DNA of 64,000 bases from an uncultured Candidatus Saccharibacteria bacterium (GCA_964473815.1 CAYYQK010000003.1:23115-87114), one strand, 5' to 3'; positions 1-9,003 are shown, counted from the first letter of the stretch. Notes: generated by a model from the sequence alone, not told the origin. Program-made: numbers and translations.

Positions 1-298
1 CTTCGCGGTCTGTCATTGACTCAGGCACTGCATATACAAGTGGCTTTTTAATTGTTGTGGCAACAGTGTCAGGTTGGCCAGAAAAACGATCACCTATTTT
101 AATTTCACCACGGACTGCAGGAATGGTGTTTAAACTGGTTCGCTGGCCATCAGCCTGAACCCGGAAGTCGCCGCCTTGCGCCAGTTGCAAAGCACTTAGG
201 CGTAGAGCGATAATCGCAAACGATAGAAACAAAAGAACAGTCAAAACGACCATTCTTTTTCGAAACACTTTTTCTAAGGAATATCCTTTTGGAGCCAT
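1..298 (-). CDS. ftsI: Penicillin-binding protein FtsI/PBP2-type, N-terminal part (runs off window)
   Basis: Manual translation from ATG at 298 gives MAPKGYSLEKVFRKRMVVLTVLLFLSFAIIALRLSALQL...IPAVRGEI: a TM helix, RL..LQ and the P.RG.I motif of class B PBPs. Lies downstream of mraZ-rsmH-ftsL. Confidence 0.85.
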   Translation of the reverse strand, partial: MAPKGYSLEKVFRKRMVVLTVLLFLSFAIIALRLSALQLAQGGDFRVQADGQRTSLNTIPAVRGEIKIGDRFSGQPDTVATTIKKPLVYAVPESMTDRE

Positions 299-335
299 GC
301 TGTTACATACTTTCTGAGCGATATCGTTGGCGCGA

Positions 336-704
336 CTATCGCGAACTCAACTGATTAGCTGATAAAAATTCCTGATTTGTTACTGGCACCATCCCTGCAG
401 TAGAAGCGACATCATTTACTTTCACGATCGAACCAAGGGCAGCTTGTTGTACTACAAGGCGCTTCTGAATTTCATTCAGCTCATCGACTTTAGCTTGTTC
501 TTTTTTTAATTCGTATCCTTTAGAAACCGATGCATTAGTAAAATAAATATAAGATCCAACTCCGATAACCGACAACACCAGGCATAAAGTACTCAGTGCG
601 CTGGTAACAGCAGACCAGTTCATTGGTTTGCGCGGGCGAGCGCTTTTTACGGCAGTGCGAGTGCTGCGAACTGGACTAGTGGTAAAGGAATTGATTGATG
701 GCAT
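336..704 (-). CDS. ftsL: Cell division protein FtsL-like
   Basis: Single TM helix, coiled coil and an A...GMV motif; sits between rsmH and ftsI. Confidence 0.7.
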   Translation of the reverse strand: MPSINSFTTSPVRSTRTAVKSARPRKPMNWSAVTSALSTLCLVLSVIGVGSYIYFTNASVSKGYELKKEQAKVDELNEIQKRLVVQQAALGSIVKVNDVASTAGMVPVTNQEFLSANQLSSR

Positions 705-728
705 TTTGTTTTTGAAGAAGGTTTAATT

Positions 729-1706
729 TTAGTAAAGTTTGCGGATCGCGCGAAGTTTGGCAGGATTACTGCGGGAATTTTCGACAAGTTCATCCGGCTC
801 CGCGGTAACAGGTTTTTTGGTGAGGATCTGCGCGCGGGGCGTGCGTCCACACTTACAGATTGGGAAATCTTTCGGGCAGATACATCCTTTGGCAGCTTGG
901 ACGAAAAATTCTTTCACCATACGGTCTTCCAAAGAATGAAACGAAACGATTACAATTACTCCGCCTGGTTTTACTAAGTCCAGCGCTTTGGGCAAAAAGT
1001 TTTCTAAATTTTCCAACTCATGATTGACTGCAATGCGAAGAGCTTGGAAAATTCTGCGGGCATTGTCTGTCCACTTGTGCTGAACAGGTTTTGGCAGGGC
1101 TTGCTGAATGATTTCGGTTAAATCGGTTGTGTACTGCAGTGGTGTTTCTGCTCTGGCGCGAACAATAGCGCGGGCGATGCGCTTGCTTTCTTTGTCCTCG
1201 CCATACTCGCGGAAGATTTTCGTTAAATCTTCTTCGGAGTATTCATTGAGGATAAATCGTGCGTCTGGTTCGTTACTTCCCAAATCAAAGCGCATATCCA
1301 GCGGTTCTTTCTTTTGAAAAGTAATTCCTCGGCCAGACTGATCTAACTGGAAGCTAGAAAGCCCGATGTCAGCCACAATACCGTCGATAGCATTTAAACC
1401 AAAAAAGTTTTCATGATTTTCTAAAGCTTTATCTATCTGGGCAAAATTACCATGTACCAAAGTCAAATTTTTTGATTTGATTTCGGCATCAAAGTTGTGA
1501 CGGGCATTGTTTAGAGCAGACTCGTCTAAATCGATGCTCAAAATTGCGCCATCGCTACCAACAGCTTTCAATAATTCAGCAGTGTATCCCCCGCCACCCA
1601 AAGTTGCATCTACAAATCTTTGGCCAGGCTGAGGATTCAGTAATGTAATCGCTTGTTTTAAAAGAACGGGAACGTGATTGTACTCTTGCAAAGTTTCAGA
1701 AGCCAT
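729..1706 (-). CDS. rsmH: 16S rRNA m4C1402 methyltransferase
   Basis: HVPVLL, DATLGGGG, D.GLSS.QLD, PLDMR, FQALRIAVN, SFHSLEDR motifs. Confidence 0.98.
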   Translation of the reverse strand: MASETLQEYNHVPVLLKQAITLLNPQPGQRFVDATLGGGGYTAELLKAVGSDGAILSIDLDESALNNARHNFDAEIKSKNLTLVHGNFAQIDKALENHENFFGLNAIDGIVADIGLSSFQLDQSGRGITFQKKEPLDMRFDLGSNEPDARFILNEYSEEDLTKIFREYGEDKESKRIARAIVRARAETPLQYTTDLTEIIQQALPKPVQHKWTDNARRIFQALRIAVNHELENLENFLPKALDLVKPGGVIVIVSFHSLEDRMVKEFFVQAAKGCICPKDFPICKCGRTPRAQILTKKPVTAEPDELVENSRSNPAKLRAIRKLY

Positions 1707-1707
1707 T

Positions 1708-2139
1708 TTAGACTCCTAAATCCCCTAATGATTCAGCAATTTGATTGCTGTTTTTTTCTGTTTGTGTCTTGTACTTGCTCCAGAGTTCTTCACTCCAGAT
1801 TTCTACGCGATTATACAAACCAGTAAAGACTAGTTTTTTATTTATCTTCGCGAATTCTTTTAAGTACCCCGGCAGGACAATGCGACCTTGTTTATCGATG
1901 TCGCAATCCATTGCTCCTGCAAGCATTAGACGAGAAAAGGCCCTCGTGTTAGCAGTAGAAATTGGGAGACTAGCCAATTTGTCTGCGAGCTTTTTCCATT
2001 CGTCTAATGTATACAGAACCAGCGAATTGTCGAGACCGCGGGTTACTACGACTTGGTTTTTTAAAGAACTACGAAACTTAGATGGGATGCTGATGCGAGC
2101 CTTATCATCAATTGTGCCATTGTATTCACCGATAAACAT
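1708..2139 (-). CDS. mraZ: Transcriptional regulator MraZ
   Basis: MFIGEY..TIDDK.R and D.QGRI motifs; precedes rsmH. Confidence 0.98.
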   Translation of the reverse strand: MFIGEYNGTIDDKARISIPSKFRSSLKNQVVVTRGLDNSLVLYTLDEWKKLADKLASLPISTANTRAFSRLMLAGAMDCDIDKQGRIVLPGYLKEFAKINKKLVFTGLYNRVEIWSEELWSKYKTQTEKNSNQIAESLGDLGV

Positions 2140-2195
2140 TTTCTAAAGTTTTCCTAAGGATTTCTTAAAGTTTCTTATTTGTGGTGGGGGGTTGT

Positions 2196-2242
2196 CCACT
2201 TTTCCACCCACTTATCCCCACTTTGACCCACTTTCTGCCACT
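2196..2242 (-). promoter_or_regulatory. MraZ operator: AAGTGG direct repeats
   Basis: CCACTT on + starts at 2196, 2208, 2218, 2228 and 2238 (10-bp period), upstream of mraZ. Matches the known GTGG-type MraZ boxes. Confidence 0.85.
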
Positions 2243-2410
2243 TGTATTCATTATATCCCACAAAACCCCATGTAGCAATGCAAAATTACTATTGTCAAAA
2301 TAAAAAAAGCCTTATGTTTAAAAGGCTTTTGGCGTATAGAACAAAAGTGGGATGAGTTATCCCCGATTGCCTTATTTTCTTGTTAGTTGTTGTTAAGTTA
2401 AGGTGATTCC

Positions 2411-2439
2411 TTGACCAAAAGAAAAATTATTTATACAAT
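2411..2439 (+). promoter_or_regulatory. sigma70-type promoter
   Basis: TTGACC-N17-TACAAT, then GGAGGA at 2463-2468 and ATG at 2475. Confidence 0.7.
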
Positions 2440-2474
2440 AGACTATCGATAACGCCAAAACTGGAGGAATTACC

Positions 2475-2678
2475 ATGACAGCAGTTAAGTCAGCAGCTGA
2501 GGTAGACATTTTAGAATTGGCCGCTCGTGCGGTAAGTTGCTATCAACAACCGATCATTTCCCCGCTGTATCCCAGCGCGAGACCACCGCATCGGATTAGG
2601 GCTATAATCCGATGGCACCGGATGAGAAGAAACAAACGAAGGAGGGAAAAGGAGAATGGCACCAATCTTTTATCTTAA
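2475..2678 (+). CDS. Small hypothetical protein with Arg-rich C-terminus
   Basis: GGAGGA 6 nt before the ATG; promoter upstream. Confidence 0.5.
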   Translation: MTAVKSAAEVDILELAARAVSCYQQPIISPLYPSARPPHRIRAIIRWHRMRRNKRRREKENGTNLLS

Positions 2679-2940
2679 AGAACCGAGATACTCCCCACGC
2701 ATTAAATGCGATGGGTGCAATGTCAAAGTCGGTCACGAGCACAAATGCCTCGGCATCGTAAGGGTCAAAGATTTTATGATCCGCATCATCCATCTCACAG
2801 GACACGAAAATATACCAGACTATGGCAAAGACGGCATCATCTATGAGGGAAGGGCCGGCGACCTTTCGACCAACCTTATAGAGACTGTGTGTTTTTGTGA
2901 ACTGTGCAACAGTCTTTTCACCAACAGGGCTAAAATTTAA
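2656..2940 (+). CDS. Hypothetical protein, putative Zn-binding
   Basis: CDGC..HEHKC and CFCELC motifs; GGAGGG/AAGGAG directly upstream; hairpin downstream. Confidence 0.6.
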   Translation: MAPIFYLKEPRYSPRIKCDGCNVKVGHEHKCLGIVRVKDFMIRIIHLTGHENIPDYGKDGIIYEGRAGDLSTNLIETVCFCELCNSLFTNRAKI

Positions 2941-2987
2941 CAAACACGCCCGTTCGGGTAGTTCTAAGACGATCCACTGGACCGTCT

Positions 2988-3473
2988 TTAATTTTGCCTC
3001 AATGCGTACAATGCAATCCCGCAAGCAACAGAAACATTCAAGCTTTCTTTTTGGCCTTGCATTGGGAAGTCTATAATGTCATCACACAAGTCTAGAATCT
3101 TTTTAGTATGACCTTTGGTTTCTTCCCCAAGGATTAATGCAAGTGGGAACTTAGCTTTATACTTTCCCAGAGGCGTAATCTTGTATTTTTTATTATTCTC
3201 TAAAGCCACAATGCGTACGCCACTTTTGCGTAACTTCGTAATTAATCTCACCACAGAACGGGTTTGCTCCCATACCACAAATTGTTCCGCACCCAAAGCC
3301 ACTTTATGAATCTTTTCTGCATTCTTCCCTTCTGGAAAACCCGTATAACCAGTTAAATAAACCTTACTTACCCCAAATCCATCAGCAGCACGAAAAATCG
3401 ATCCCACATTGTAGAGGGATCGAATATTATGCGCGATCACATAAATTTCTTTACTCTTTTTCGATTTTTGCAT
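2988..3473 (-). CDS. TrmH/SpoU family RNA methyltransferase
   Basis: NIRSLYNVGSIFR, LILGEE..G, ESLNVSVA.GI SPOUT motifs. Confidence 0.92.
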   Translation of the reverse strand: MQKSKKSKEIYVIAHNIRSLYNVGSIFRAADGFGVSKVYLTGYTGFPEGKNAEKIHKVALGAEQFVVWEQTRSVVRLITKLRKSGVRIVALENNKKYKITPLGKYKAKFPLALILGEETKGHTKKILDLCDDIIDFPMQGQKESLNVSVACGIALYALRQN

Positions 3474-4023
3474 TCTTTTTAGTCTGATAGAAGAAAACTA
3501 CAATATACACCAAAATCAAAAGGGTGTAATTTACAGCCATAAAAGTTGGCGTAGCCCAGGAAATCCCATGATGATTCCTATAATTCGACAACGGAAACAA
3601 AAATGGGGTGGAATAAAAGTCAGGATGCGTAAAAATATCAATTACAATATGCAAAGCCCAGCCAAGCAGTGGCCAATAAAACCAAATTTTGTAATTAGCT
3701 TTGTCTTCTGTTTTATCTTTAGTGTAGAAATACCAATTCCCTATCGCAGTGACTATTCCCAGTATCAACAAAAAAATCACTAAGCTGTGCGAAAAGTTGT
3801 ACGCTTTTTGGGCGTAATTTAATGTCCAACTATTGCGTGCATTCAACAAAGCACTGGGTGTAAATATTATCCCGCTAAACACAAAGTAAATAAAGGCCGG
3901 CGAAAAAGCAATCAAATCCGGGAGCACGCCAAAAAAAGCAGCGATGTATCTTTTTTTACGCTGCTTACTATACTTTGAACGATATAGAGCATTGGTCCAC
4001 AAGACGTGGGCAAAAACATCCAT
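3451..4023 (-). CDS. Membrane-bound metal-dependent hydrolase (YdjM-like)
   Basis: MD..AH, LPDL, HSL and LHIVIDIFTH motifs; several TM helices. Confidence 0.7.
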   Translation of the reverse strand: MDVFAHVLWTNALYRSKYSKQRKKRYIAAFFGVLPDLIAFSPAFIYFVFSGIIFTPSALLNARNSWTLNYAQKAYNFSHSLVIFLLILGIVTAIGNWYFYTKDKTEDKANYKIWFYWPLLGWALHIVIDIFTHPDFYSTPFLFPLSNYRNHHGISWATPTFMAVNYTLLILVYIVVFFYQTKKNAKIEKE

Positions 4024-4037
4024 AAATTAAATTGCGA

Positions 4038-4424
4038 TTAGCTCTGAGCGGATGAGGGTCTCGCAAGTACTTCGTTTACTTTAGCGATAATCTGATCCAT
4101 AGTCTGCTCGCTCTTCAACAAATAATCCTTAACTCCAGCTTCCATAATTTTACTGACAGTGTCTGGATCACTTAAATTGGTAAGCATTACAACCGGAATC
4201 TTGGCTAATTCTGGATCAGCCTTTAATTCCCACGCCACGCCAAAACCGTCCATTTTCGGCATCATGATGTCGAGCAAGATTATGTCGGGTTTGGTTTCTT
4301 TAATTTTCGCTAAAGATTCTTCGCCGTCATAAGCAGGAATCGCATCGAATCCAGCAGCCTTGAAACTGTCGATTAAAGAATCGGAGATTAATTTATCATC
4401 TTCTGCGCAAACAATTTTAGCCAT
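4038..4424 (-). CDS. Stand-alone response regulator (receiver domain only)
   Basis: EDD, LLDIMMPKMDG, MLT and YLLK motifs. Confidence 0.95.
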   Translation of the reverse strand: MAKIVCAEDDKLISDSLIDSFKAAGFDAIPAYDGEESLAKIKETKPDIILLDIMMPKMDGFGVAWELKADPELAKIPVVMLTNLSDPDTVSKIMEAGVKDYLLKSEQTMDQIIAKVNEVLARPSSAQS

Positions 4425-4464
4425 ATTTAAGAGATATTTAAGATATAGAAATTATACGCTTTTT

Positions 4465-6132
4465 TTAACCCTGTGGCAAACTGAAGTAGAAAGTCGAGCC
4501 CAAGTTTTCACCGGCACTCTCTGCCCAAATTTTACCACCATGAGCTTCAACTATACCCTTACTAACAACCAGGCCAAGTCCAGTCCCCTTACGCGAGGAA
4601 TCATAACTCTTTAATTGCTTAAACTTCGAGAATAGCGAATTCAAATCTTCACGACTTACACCAATACCAGTATCTTTAATACTAATGATAATTCGCTTGG
4701 ATGAATTTTCTACGTTCAAACTAACATCAATTTGCCCGCTGTCGGTGTACTTAATAGCATTGCTCAAAAGGTTTGTAATAACCTGAGAAATTCTGACGCG
4801 ATCGAATTTCGCCATCAATTTTTCCGGACCAATGTAATTGATAGCCAAATGCTTGCCAGTGGCCTGTGGTTCGAAAGTTTTTAGTTCATCACGAATGACT
4901 TCCACCATTTCATACTCCTGCATATTCAAATCAAACTTGCCGGCTTCAATTTTTGCAACATCGAGCAAGTCATTCACCAAATCAAGCATGTTCGTAGCAG
5001 CAACTTCGATTGTACCAATGCTGTCTTTTAATTTCGCTGCATCAGTTTGAGCTTTGGCATCTGATAAAGATTTTATTAATGATTCACTGGACCATCGTAC
5101 AGCGGTTAAAGGCGCGCGAAGTTCGTGCACCATCATGGCCGTAAATTCCTGACGCAATTTCTCCAAAGATTTTTCACTGGTTACATCATGCAAAATAACC
5201 GCTACGCCACGATGAATGCCGGCCTTGTCTCGCACCGGTGTTAAGGTAATGTCCATCACTTTGTCGTGCAAATATACTTCAGGGATATTCACAGGCATAT
5301 TTTTTGCCAATGTTTCATCCATTTTTAGGCGCATGTCGACTTTGCCAGCTAAAGCATCAACAATATCAAAAGTAGTAACTTCCATAGCTACTGGCAACCG
5401 TAACATGTCCATAACTGCTGGATTTGAAATAACTAGTTCGTAGTCGAGGTCTACCATAAACACTCCGTCTGTCATGGAAGCGATAATACCTGCTAATTTC
5501 CCTTTTTCGTTTTCAAGCACGCCCTGCAGCTGGCTTACCGCGAAAGCTGCCTGGTTAGTAATTGTATAAACCACTTCTGCTTGGTCCTTACCAAACAAGT
5601 TTGGAGTGGACGAAGAAATATTTATCAAACCAAGCAATTGGCCATCGATGATAACTGGAATATTTAAAAAAGAAGCAATTTGCGTGTCCAAACTGTCATC
5701 AAGAATTGCCCCGCTCATGCGTTCATCAATTTTTCCTAAAGCAATATTCTGATCACAAATGGCTGCTGTCGCCGCCTGCATTTTTTCTTTTACCTGTGCG
5801 ATAAAAGCGTGATTCACGCTATGGTGAACATGACATTTAAACACTACGGTTTTAGGATCAGAGAATAACATAAATGACACCGTTTGATACTTCAGCAAAT
5901 ATCCGATACTACCAGTAACGATTTCAATGATCTTGCTGGTGTCGATAGTGTAGCCAATGCGCTCGTTGATCTCCTGCAGCACCTGAATTTGATACATGCG
6001 TTGCTGTAATTCCTGAGACCTAGCAGTCACACCGCTCAGTTCGGCTTTTTCACGCAAATGTCTACGGATATACAAAAAGACCACGGAGCCCAGCAGGACA
6101 AAATCAACAAATAAACTAATAATAACTATCAT
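4465..6132 (-). CDS. Sensor histidine kinase (TM-GAF-PAS-HisKA-HATPase)
   Basis: H box HELRAPL, N box NLLSNAIKY, DTGIG, GTGLGL. Confidence 0.95.
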   Translation of the reverse strand: MIVIISLFVDFVLLGSVVFLYIRRHLREKAELSGVTARSQELQQRMYQIQVLQEINERIGYTIDTSKIIEIVTGSIGYLLKYQTVSFMLFSDPKTVVFKCHVHHSVNHAFIAQVKEKMQAATAAICDQNIALGKIDERMSGAILDDSLDTQIASFLNIPVIIDGQLLGLINISSSTPNLFGKDQAEVVYTITNQAAFAVSQLQGVLENEKGKLAGIIASMTDGVFMVDLDYELVISNPAVMDMLRLPVAMEVTTFDIVDALAGKVDMRLKMDETLAKNMPVNIPEVYLHDKVMDITLTPVRDKAGIHRGVAVILHDVTSEKSLEKLRQEFTAMMVHELRAPLTAVRWSSESLIKSLSDAKAQTDAAKLKDSIGTIEVAATNMLDLVNDLLDVAKIEAGKFDLNMQEYEMVEVIRDELKTFEPQATGKHLAINYIGPEKLMAKFDRVRISQVITNLLSNAIKYTDSGQIDVSLNVENSSKRIIISIKDTGIGVSREDLNSLFSKFKQLKSYDSSRKGTGLGLVVSKGIVEAHGGKIWAESAGENLGSTFYFSLPQG

Positions 6133-6455
6133 TGCTTGCTGTGATCTATTAATTCACAACTCAAACGCACATTCGGCATGGGCTGATTGTATTCCAAAAA
6201 TATATCTGGATACTTGTCGAGAAGTAAACGCAGTTGTAGGAGCGCAACTGGCTGTGAGAGCTGTTGATATTGGCTCATTAATTTTGCTAAAACCTTAAGC
6301 GGTTCGCCTTGAATAGCCGCGACTTCACCATGCGCTTCTATTTGTAAACCTGGCGTATTTGCGGCAATTTCTCTGGCAATGTTATCACCAAAGATAATCA
6401 TGTGCCGGCGCACCAGCTCAGTTAAGAAATTTTTATAAGTTTGAATCGGAACCAT
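6129..6455 (-). CDS. Hypothetical protein coupled to the histidine kinase
   Basis: ATGA overlap with the kinase start; extended -10 TGGTATAAT upstream. Confidence 0.75.
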   Translation of the reverse strand: MVPIQTYKNFLTELVRRHMIIFGDNIAREIAANTPGLQIEAHGEVAAIQGEPLKVLAKLMSQYQQLSQPVALLQLRLLLDKYPDIFLEYNQPMPNVRLSCELIDHSKQ

Positions 6456-6586
6456 TTTGTTTTGTCTTTGGTTTTGGTGTCATTTTCCAATCAAAGTCAA
6501 TTTATTATACCACAAACAAATCACTAAGACAAAATAAAAAGGCGGCCTAACTTCGGCGCGCCTTCCTCTTAAAATCAGACCCCGAA

Positions 6587-6868
6587 CTAGGCCGTCACAG
6601 CTTGTTCCCCATGGTCGTCTAAACAAGGATTTTCCAAAAACTCTTCTACTGTTACGATCGGGGTATCGTACACACCCCCATTTGAGTAATCCTTACCTAC
6701 GACACTATTAAAATGCGCTACCGCATCCTCTGGCATTGTTGAACCATCTTTGGGCCATTTTCCGATGTAATCTGCGAAAACCGAGTCAGTGAGCTCAGCA
6801 TCTTCTATGTCGTTGAATTCTTCTCCTTGATCAAAAACTGGGGTGTGTTGAGCATTGGTGTCTTTCAT
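6587..6868 (-). CDS. Acidic hypothetical protein
   Basis: GGAGGA 8 nt before ATG; TGC-TACACT upstream; hairpin plus T-tract at about 6531-6564. Confidence 0.7.
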   Translation of the reverse strand: MKDTNAQHTPVFDQGEEFNDIEDAELTDSVFADYIGKWPKDGSTMPEDAVAHFNSVVGKDYSNGGVYDTPIVTVEEFLENPCLDDHGEQAVTA

Positions 6869-6922
6869 CTATCTAGTCCTCCGATAGTTTCAGAATATAA
6901 TACTTCCCCAGTGTAGCATAAA

Positions 6923-8278
6923 TTATTTAAATCTGCCTTGGCTGCCGGCCATGAAAGTGGTTTTGAACTCTTTCATGCGGCCAAAACCAACTGAGTCGCG
7001 AATAATGTCGCGCGCTAGAAATGCTGGTACGCGTGCAATGGTAAAATCATTATATTTGTTGTTGATTTTGTCGAGCGCGGCGCTAAGTTGGGAGCGGGTT
7101 TTAGCGCGGCGTTGTCCTTCCGGAGTTGCAGATTCAAATAAATTTTGTTGCTGGACTTGCGGGGCTAACCCAAACACAGTTACGCCAACTAAGTAAGAAC
7201 GCTTTTCGATATTTTCCAGTTCGCCGCTCGAGCGCAAGAGATTCATGGCTTCTAAATATATTTCACGGCCATCTTGTAAGTAATAGCTGAGCTGCGCGCC
7301 CTTACCTACATGCATGCGCTCGGGGTCGTGAACGTGCACGTGAATGCCATTACCCATCACTCCGTTAACGCGCAGGCGCGCTGCCACCATTTCTGACAAC
7401 TTGTATAGCACTGGTCTCATAATATTTTTGTCGCGATATTCCATGGGAATTGTGTACATATGACCAATTGACTTCATGCTGCCATCGGCTTGCGGATCAA
7501 AATCTTCTTTCCAACTCCCCTCTAGTTGTCCCATGCTATGTAAGTGATAACCCTGAATACCATAATGCGCCACTAACTTACTCAGCGGATAGTCCCGCAA
7601 CTCTGCCAAAGTTTTTATTCCCAACTGTCCTAAATTTGGCTTCATGCGCCGACCAATCCCGGGAATATCTTCCAAATCTAAACGCGAGTACAAACTATAC
7701 TTGTCTTCGGGCCGAATTACGACTAGCCCATTCGGTTTTTGGAGGTCAGAACAAATTTTGGCCACAAGTTTGCTGTAACTGATGCCAACGCTGCAGCGAA
7801 TCCAGTCGCCCACTTCGCGATACATCCGCGCTTTGATTTCTTGCGAGATTCTTACCGCTTCCAGCCATGGATCAGTTGGTTTCCATTTGCCGTGTTGTTT
7901 GGTACGAATGTTGCAGGCTTTGGTTAAATCTAAAAAGGCTTCGTCGATGCTGTACTTTTCGACTTTGTCTGTATAGTCTTCGAACACTTTTAAAAACCGC
8001 GCAGTGTAAAAACGATACCGGTCGGGATGGGTTTTAGTCAGATGAATTTTCGGATACAACTTTTTTGCTTCCCAAACCGGCGTCCCAGTTTTGATCCCCC
8101 ATCTTTTAGCTTCTACGCTGGCCGCAATAATAATCCCGCCCAAGTGTTCACACACTCCGACTGGCTTGCCGCGCCATCCCGGGTTATCTTGCTGTTCCAC
8201 TGTCGCAAAATACGAGTTCATGTCGATGTGGGCAATGATTTGTTGTGGCTCTATTGGCTCAGTTTTATTGGTCCCCAT
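6923..8278 (-). CDS. dinB: Y-family DNA polymerase IV
   Basis: HIDMNSYFA, ASVEAKRWGIK, SIDEAFLD, KPNG and IPGIG motifs. Confidence 0.95.
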   Translation of the reverse strand: MGTNKTEPIEPQQIIAHIDMNSYFATVEQQDNPGWRGKPVGVCEHLGGIIIAASVEAKRWGIKTGTPVWEAKKLYPKIHLTKTHPDRYRFYTARFLKVFEDYTDKVEKYSIDEAFLDLTKACNIRTKQHGKWKPTDPWLEAVRISQEIKARMYREVGDWIRCSVGISYSKLVAKICSDLQKPNGLVVIRPEDKYSLYSRLDLEDIPGIGRRMKPNLGQLGIKTLAELRDYPLSKLVAHYGIQGYHLHSMGQLEGSWKEDFDPQADGSMKSIGHMYTIPMEYRDKNIMRPVLYKLSEMVAARLRVNGVMGNGIHVHVHDPERMHVGKGAQLSYYLQDGREIYLEAMNLLRSSGELENIEKRSYLVGVTVFGLAPQVQQQNLFESATPEGQRRAKTRSQLSAALDKINNKYNDFTIARVPAFLARDIIRDSVGFGRMKEFKTTFMAGSQGRFK

Positions 8279-8372
8279 CTTTATATGGTATACGATTGTT
8301 CACCCATTATCAAGAAAAAATAAAGAAAAACTGAAGATGGTGGATAACTAAGCAAAATTTTAGGAATCTTGA

Positions 8373-8402
8373 TTGAAACTTTCAAAAAACTTTACATAGA
8401 AT
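8373..8402 (+). promoter_or_regulatory. Candidate promoter of the tRNA-like RNA
   Basis: TTGAAA-N18-TAGAAT. Confidence 0.5.
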
Positions 8403-8433
8403 TGAACTACGCTATGCAAAAATGAATTTACGT

Positions 8434-8507
8434 GGGCCGTGTCTCTGGTTGAGCAGAACAGAATTGCTACTCTATTCTTACGGGTTCGATCCCCGTCCGG
8501 TCCGCCA
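8434..8507 (+). tRNA. Non-canonical tRNA or tRNA-like RNA, identity unclear
   Basis: Acceptor GGGCCG/CGGTCC followed by G-CCA; perfect T arm ACGGG-TTCGATC-CCCGT; small D arm CTC-TGGTT-GAG; long anticodon-like stem with an 8-nt loop ATTGCTAC. Confidence 0.65.
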
Positions 8508-8579
8508 CACTTGCTAAAGTGTTCGTATGCATGGTACGATATGCATAGCAATTCTGTTCTAAGGTCTGCCAGACCCAAT

Positions 8580-8610
8580 AAAGCCGCCTTAAAAGGCGGC
8601 TTTTTCTTTT
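8580..8610. terminator. Bidirectional intrinsic terminator
   Basis: AAAGCCGCC-TTAAAA-GGCGGCTTTTT between convergent units. Confidence 0.85.
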
Positions 8611-8625
8611 TAATATTTTATCAAT

Positions 8626-9003
8626 TTATTTCTTCGCAGCGTTAGCTTTACGCACTTCCACATGAACTGCTTTGTGGAAAAACAATACTGACAAAAGAAT
8701 GGCGAGATTCCCAATCCAATAATAAATGTCGCCATAGAAACTTCGGCCGATTAAAAAAGAAGTAATGCCGATATCAACAATCATCATGGTGATCAACCAC
8801 AAGATAATAATGAAAAAGGATTCCATGTAATTAATGATTCCCATCCGGCGAACAATAGCGATTGTTTCTACAACTAACAATAGGATAAAGACAATTCTTA
8901 CAAAAAAATTATCTGGGTTCAGATAATGAAAAAATAAGACTTTAGTCGCGACGAATATTACCTCGCTAATTAAAGTTCCAACAATAAACGACAGGATTGT
9001 CAT
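8626..9003 (-). CDS. Hypothetical membrane protein (4 TM)
   Basis: Four hydrophobic segments; ATGA overlap with the upstream gene. Confidence 0.75.
   Translation of the reverse strand: MTILSFIVGTLISEVIFVATKVLFFHYLNPDNFFVRIVFILLLVVETIAIVRRMGIINYMESFFIIILWLITMMIVDIGITSFLIGRSFYGDIYYWIGNLAILLSVLFFHKAVHVEVRKANAAKK

Noticed and set aside
2196-2242. CRISPR or iteron array
   Set aside because: These are 6-bp units at a 10-bp period in front of mraZ, fully explained as MraZ boxes. No repeat-spacer array or cas gene was seen in the window.
2602-3024. 140-aa minus-strand ORF
   Set aside because: It is antisense to two + ORFs that have a promoter, SD sites and Cys motifs, and it overlaps the TrmH gene.
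8434-8507. tRNA-Pyl/amber suppressor or tmRNA identity
   Set aside because: CTA is off-centre in the loop and no pyl genes are in the window. A tmRNA would need A73 and a tag-coding domain; this RNA has G73 and only 74 nt.
8360-8645. ORFs 8360-8578(-) and 8439-8645(+)
   Set aside because: They overlap the tRNA-like structure and terminator and have no recognisable motifs.
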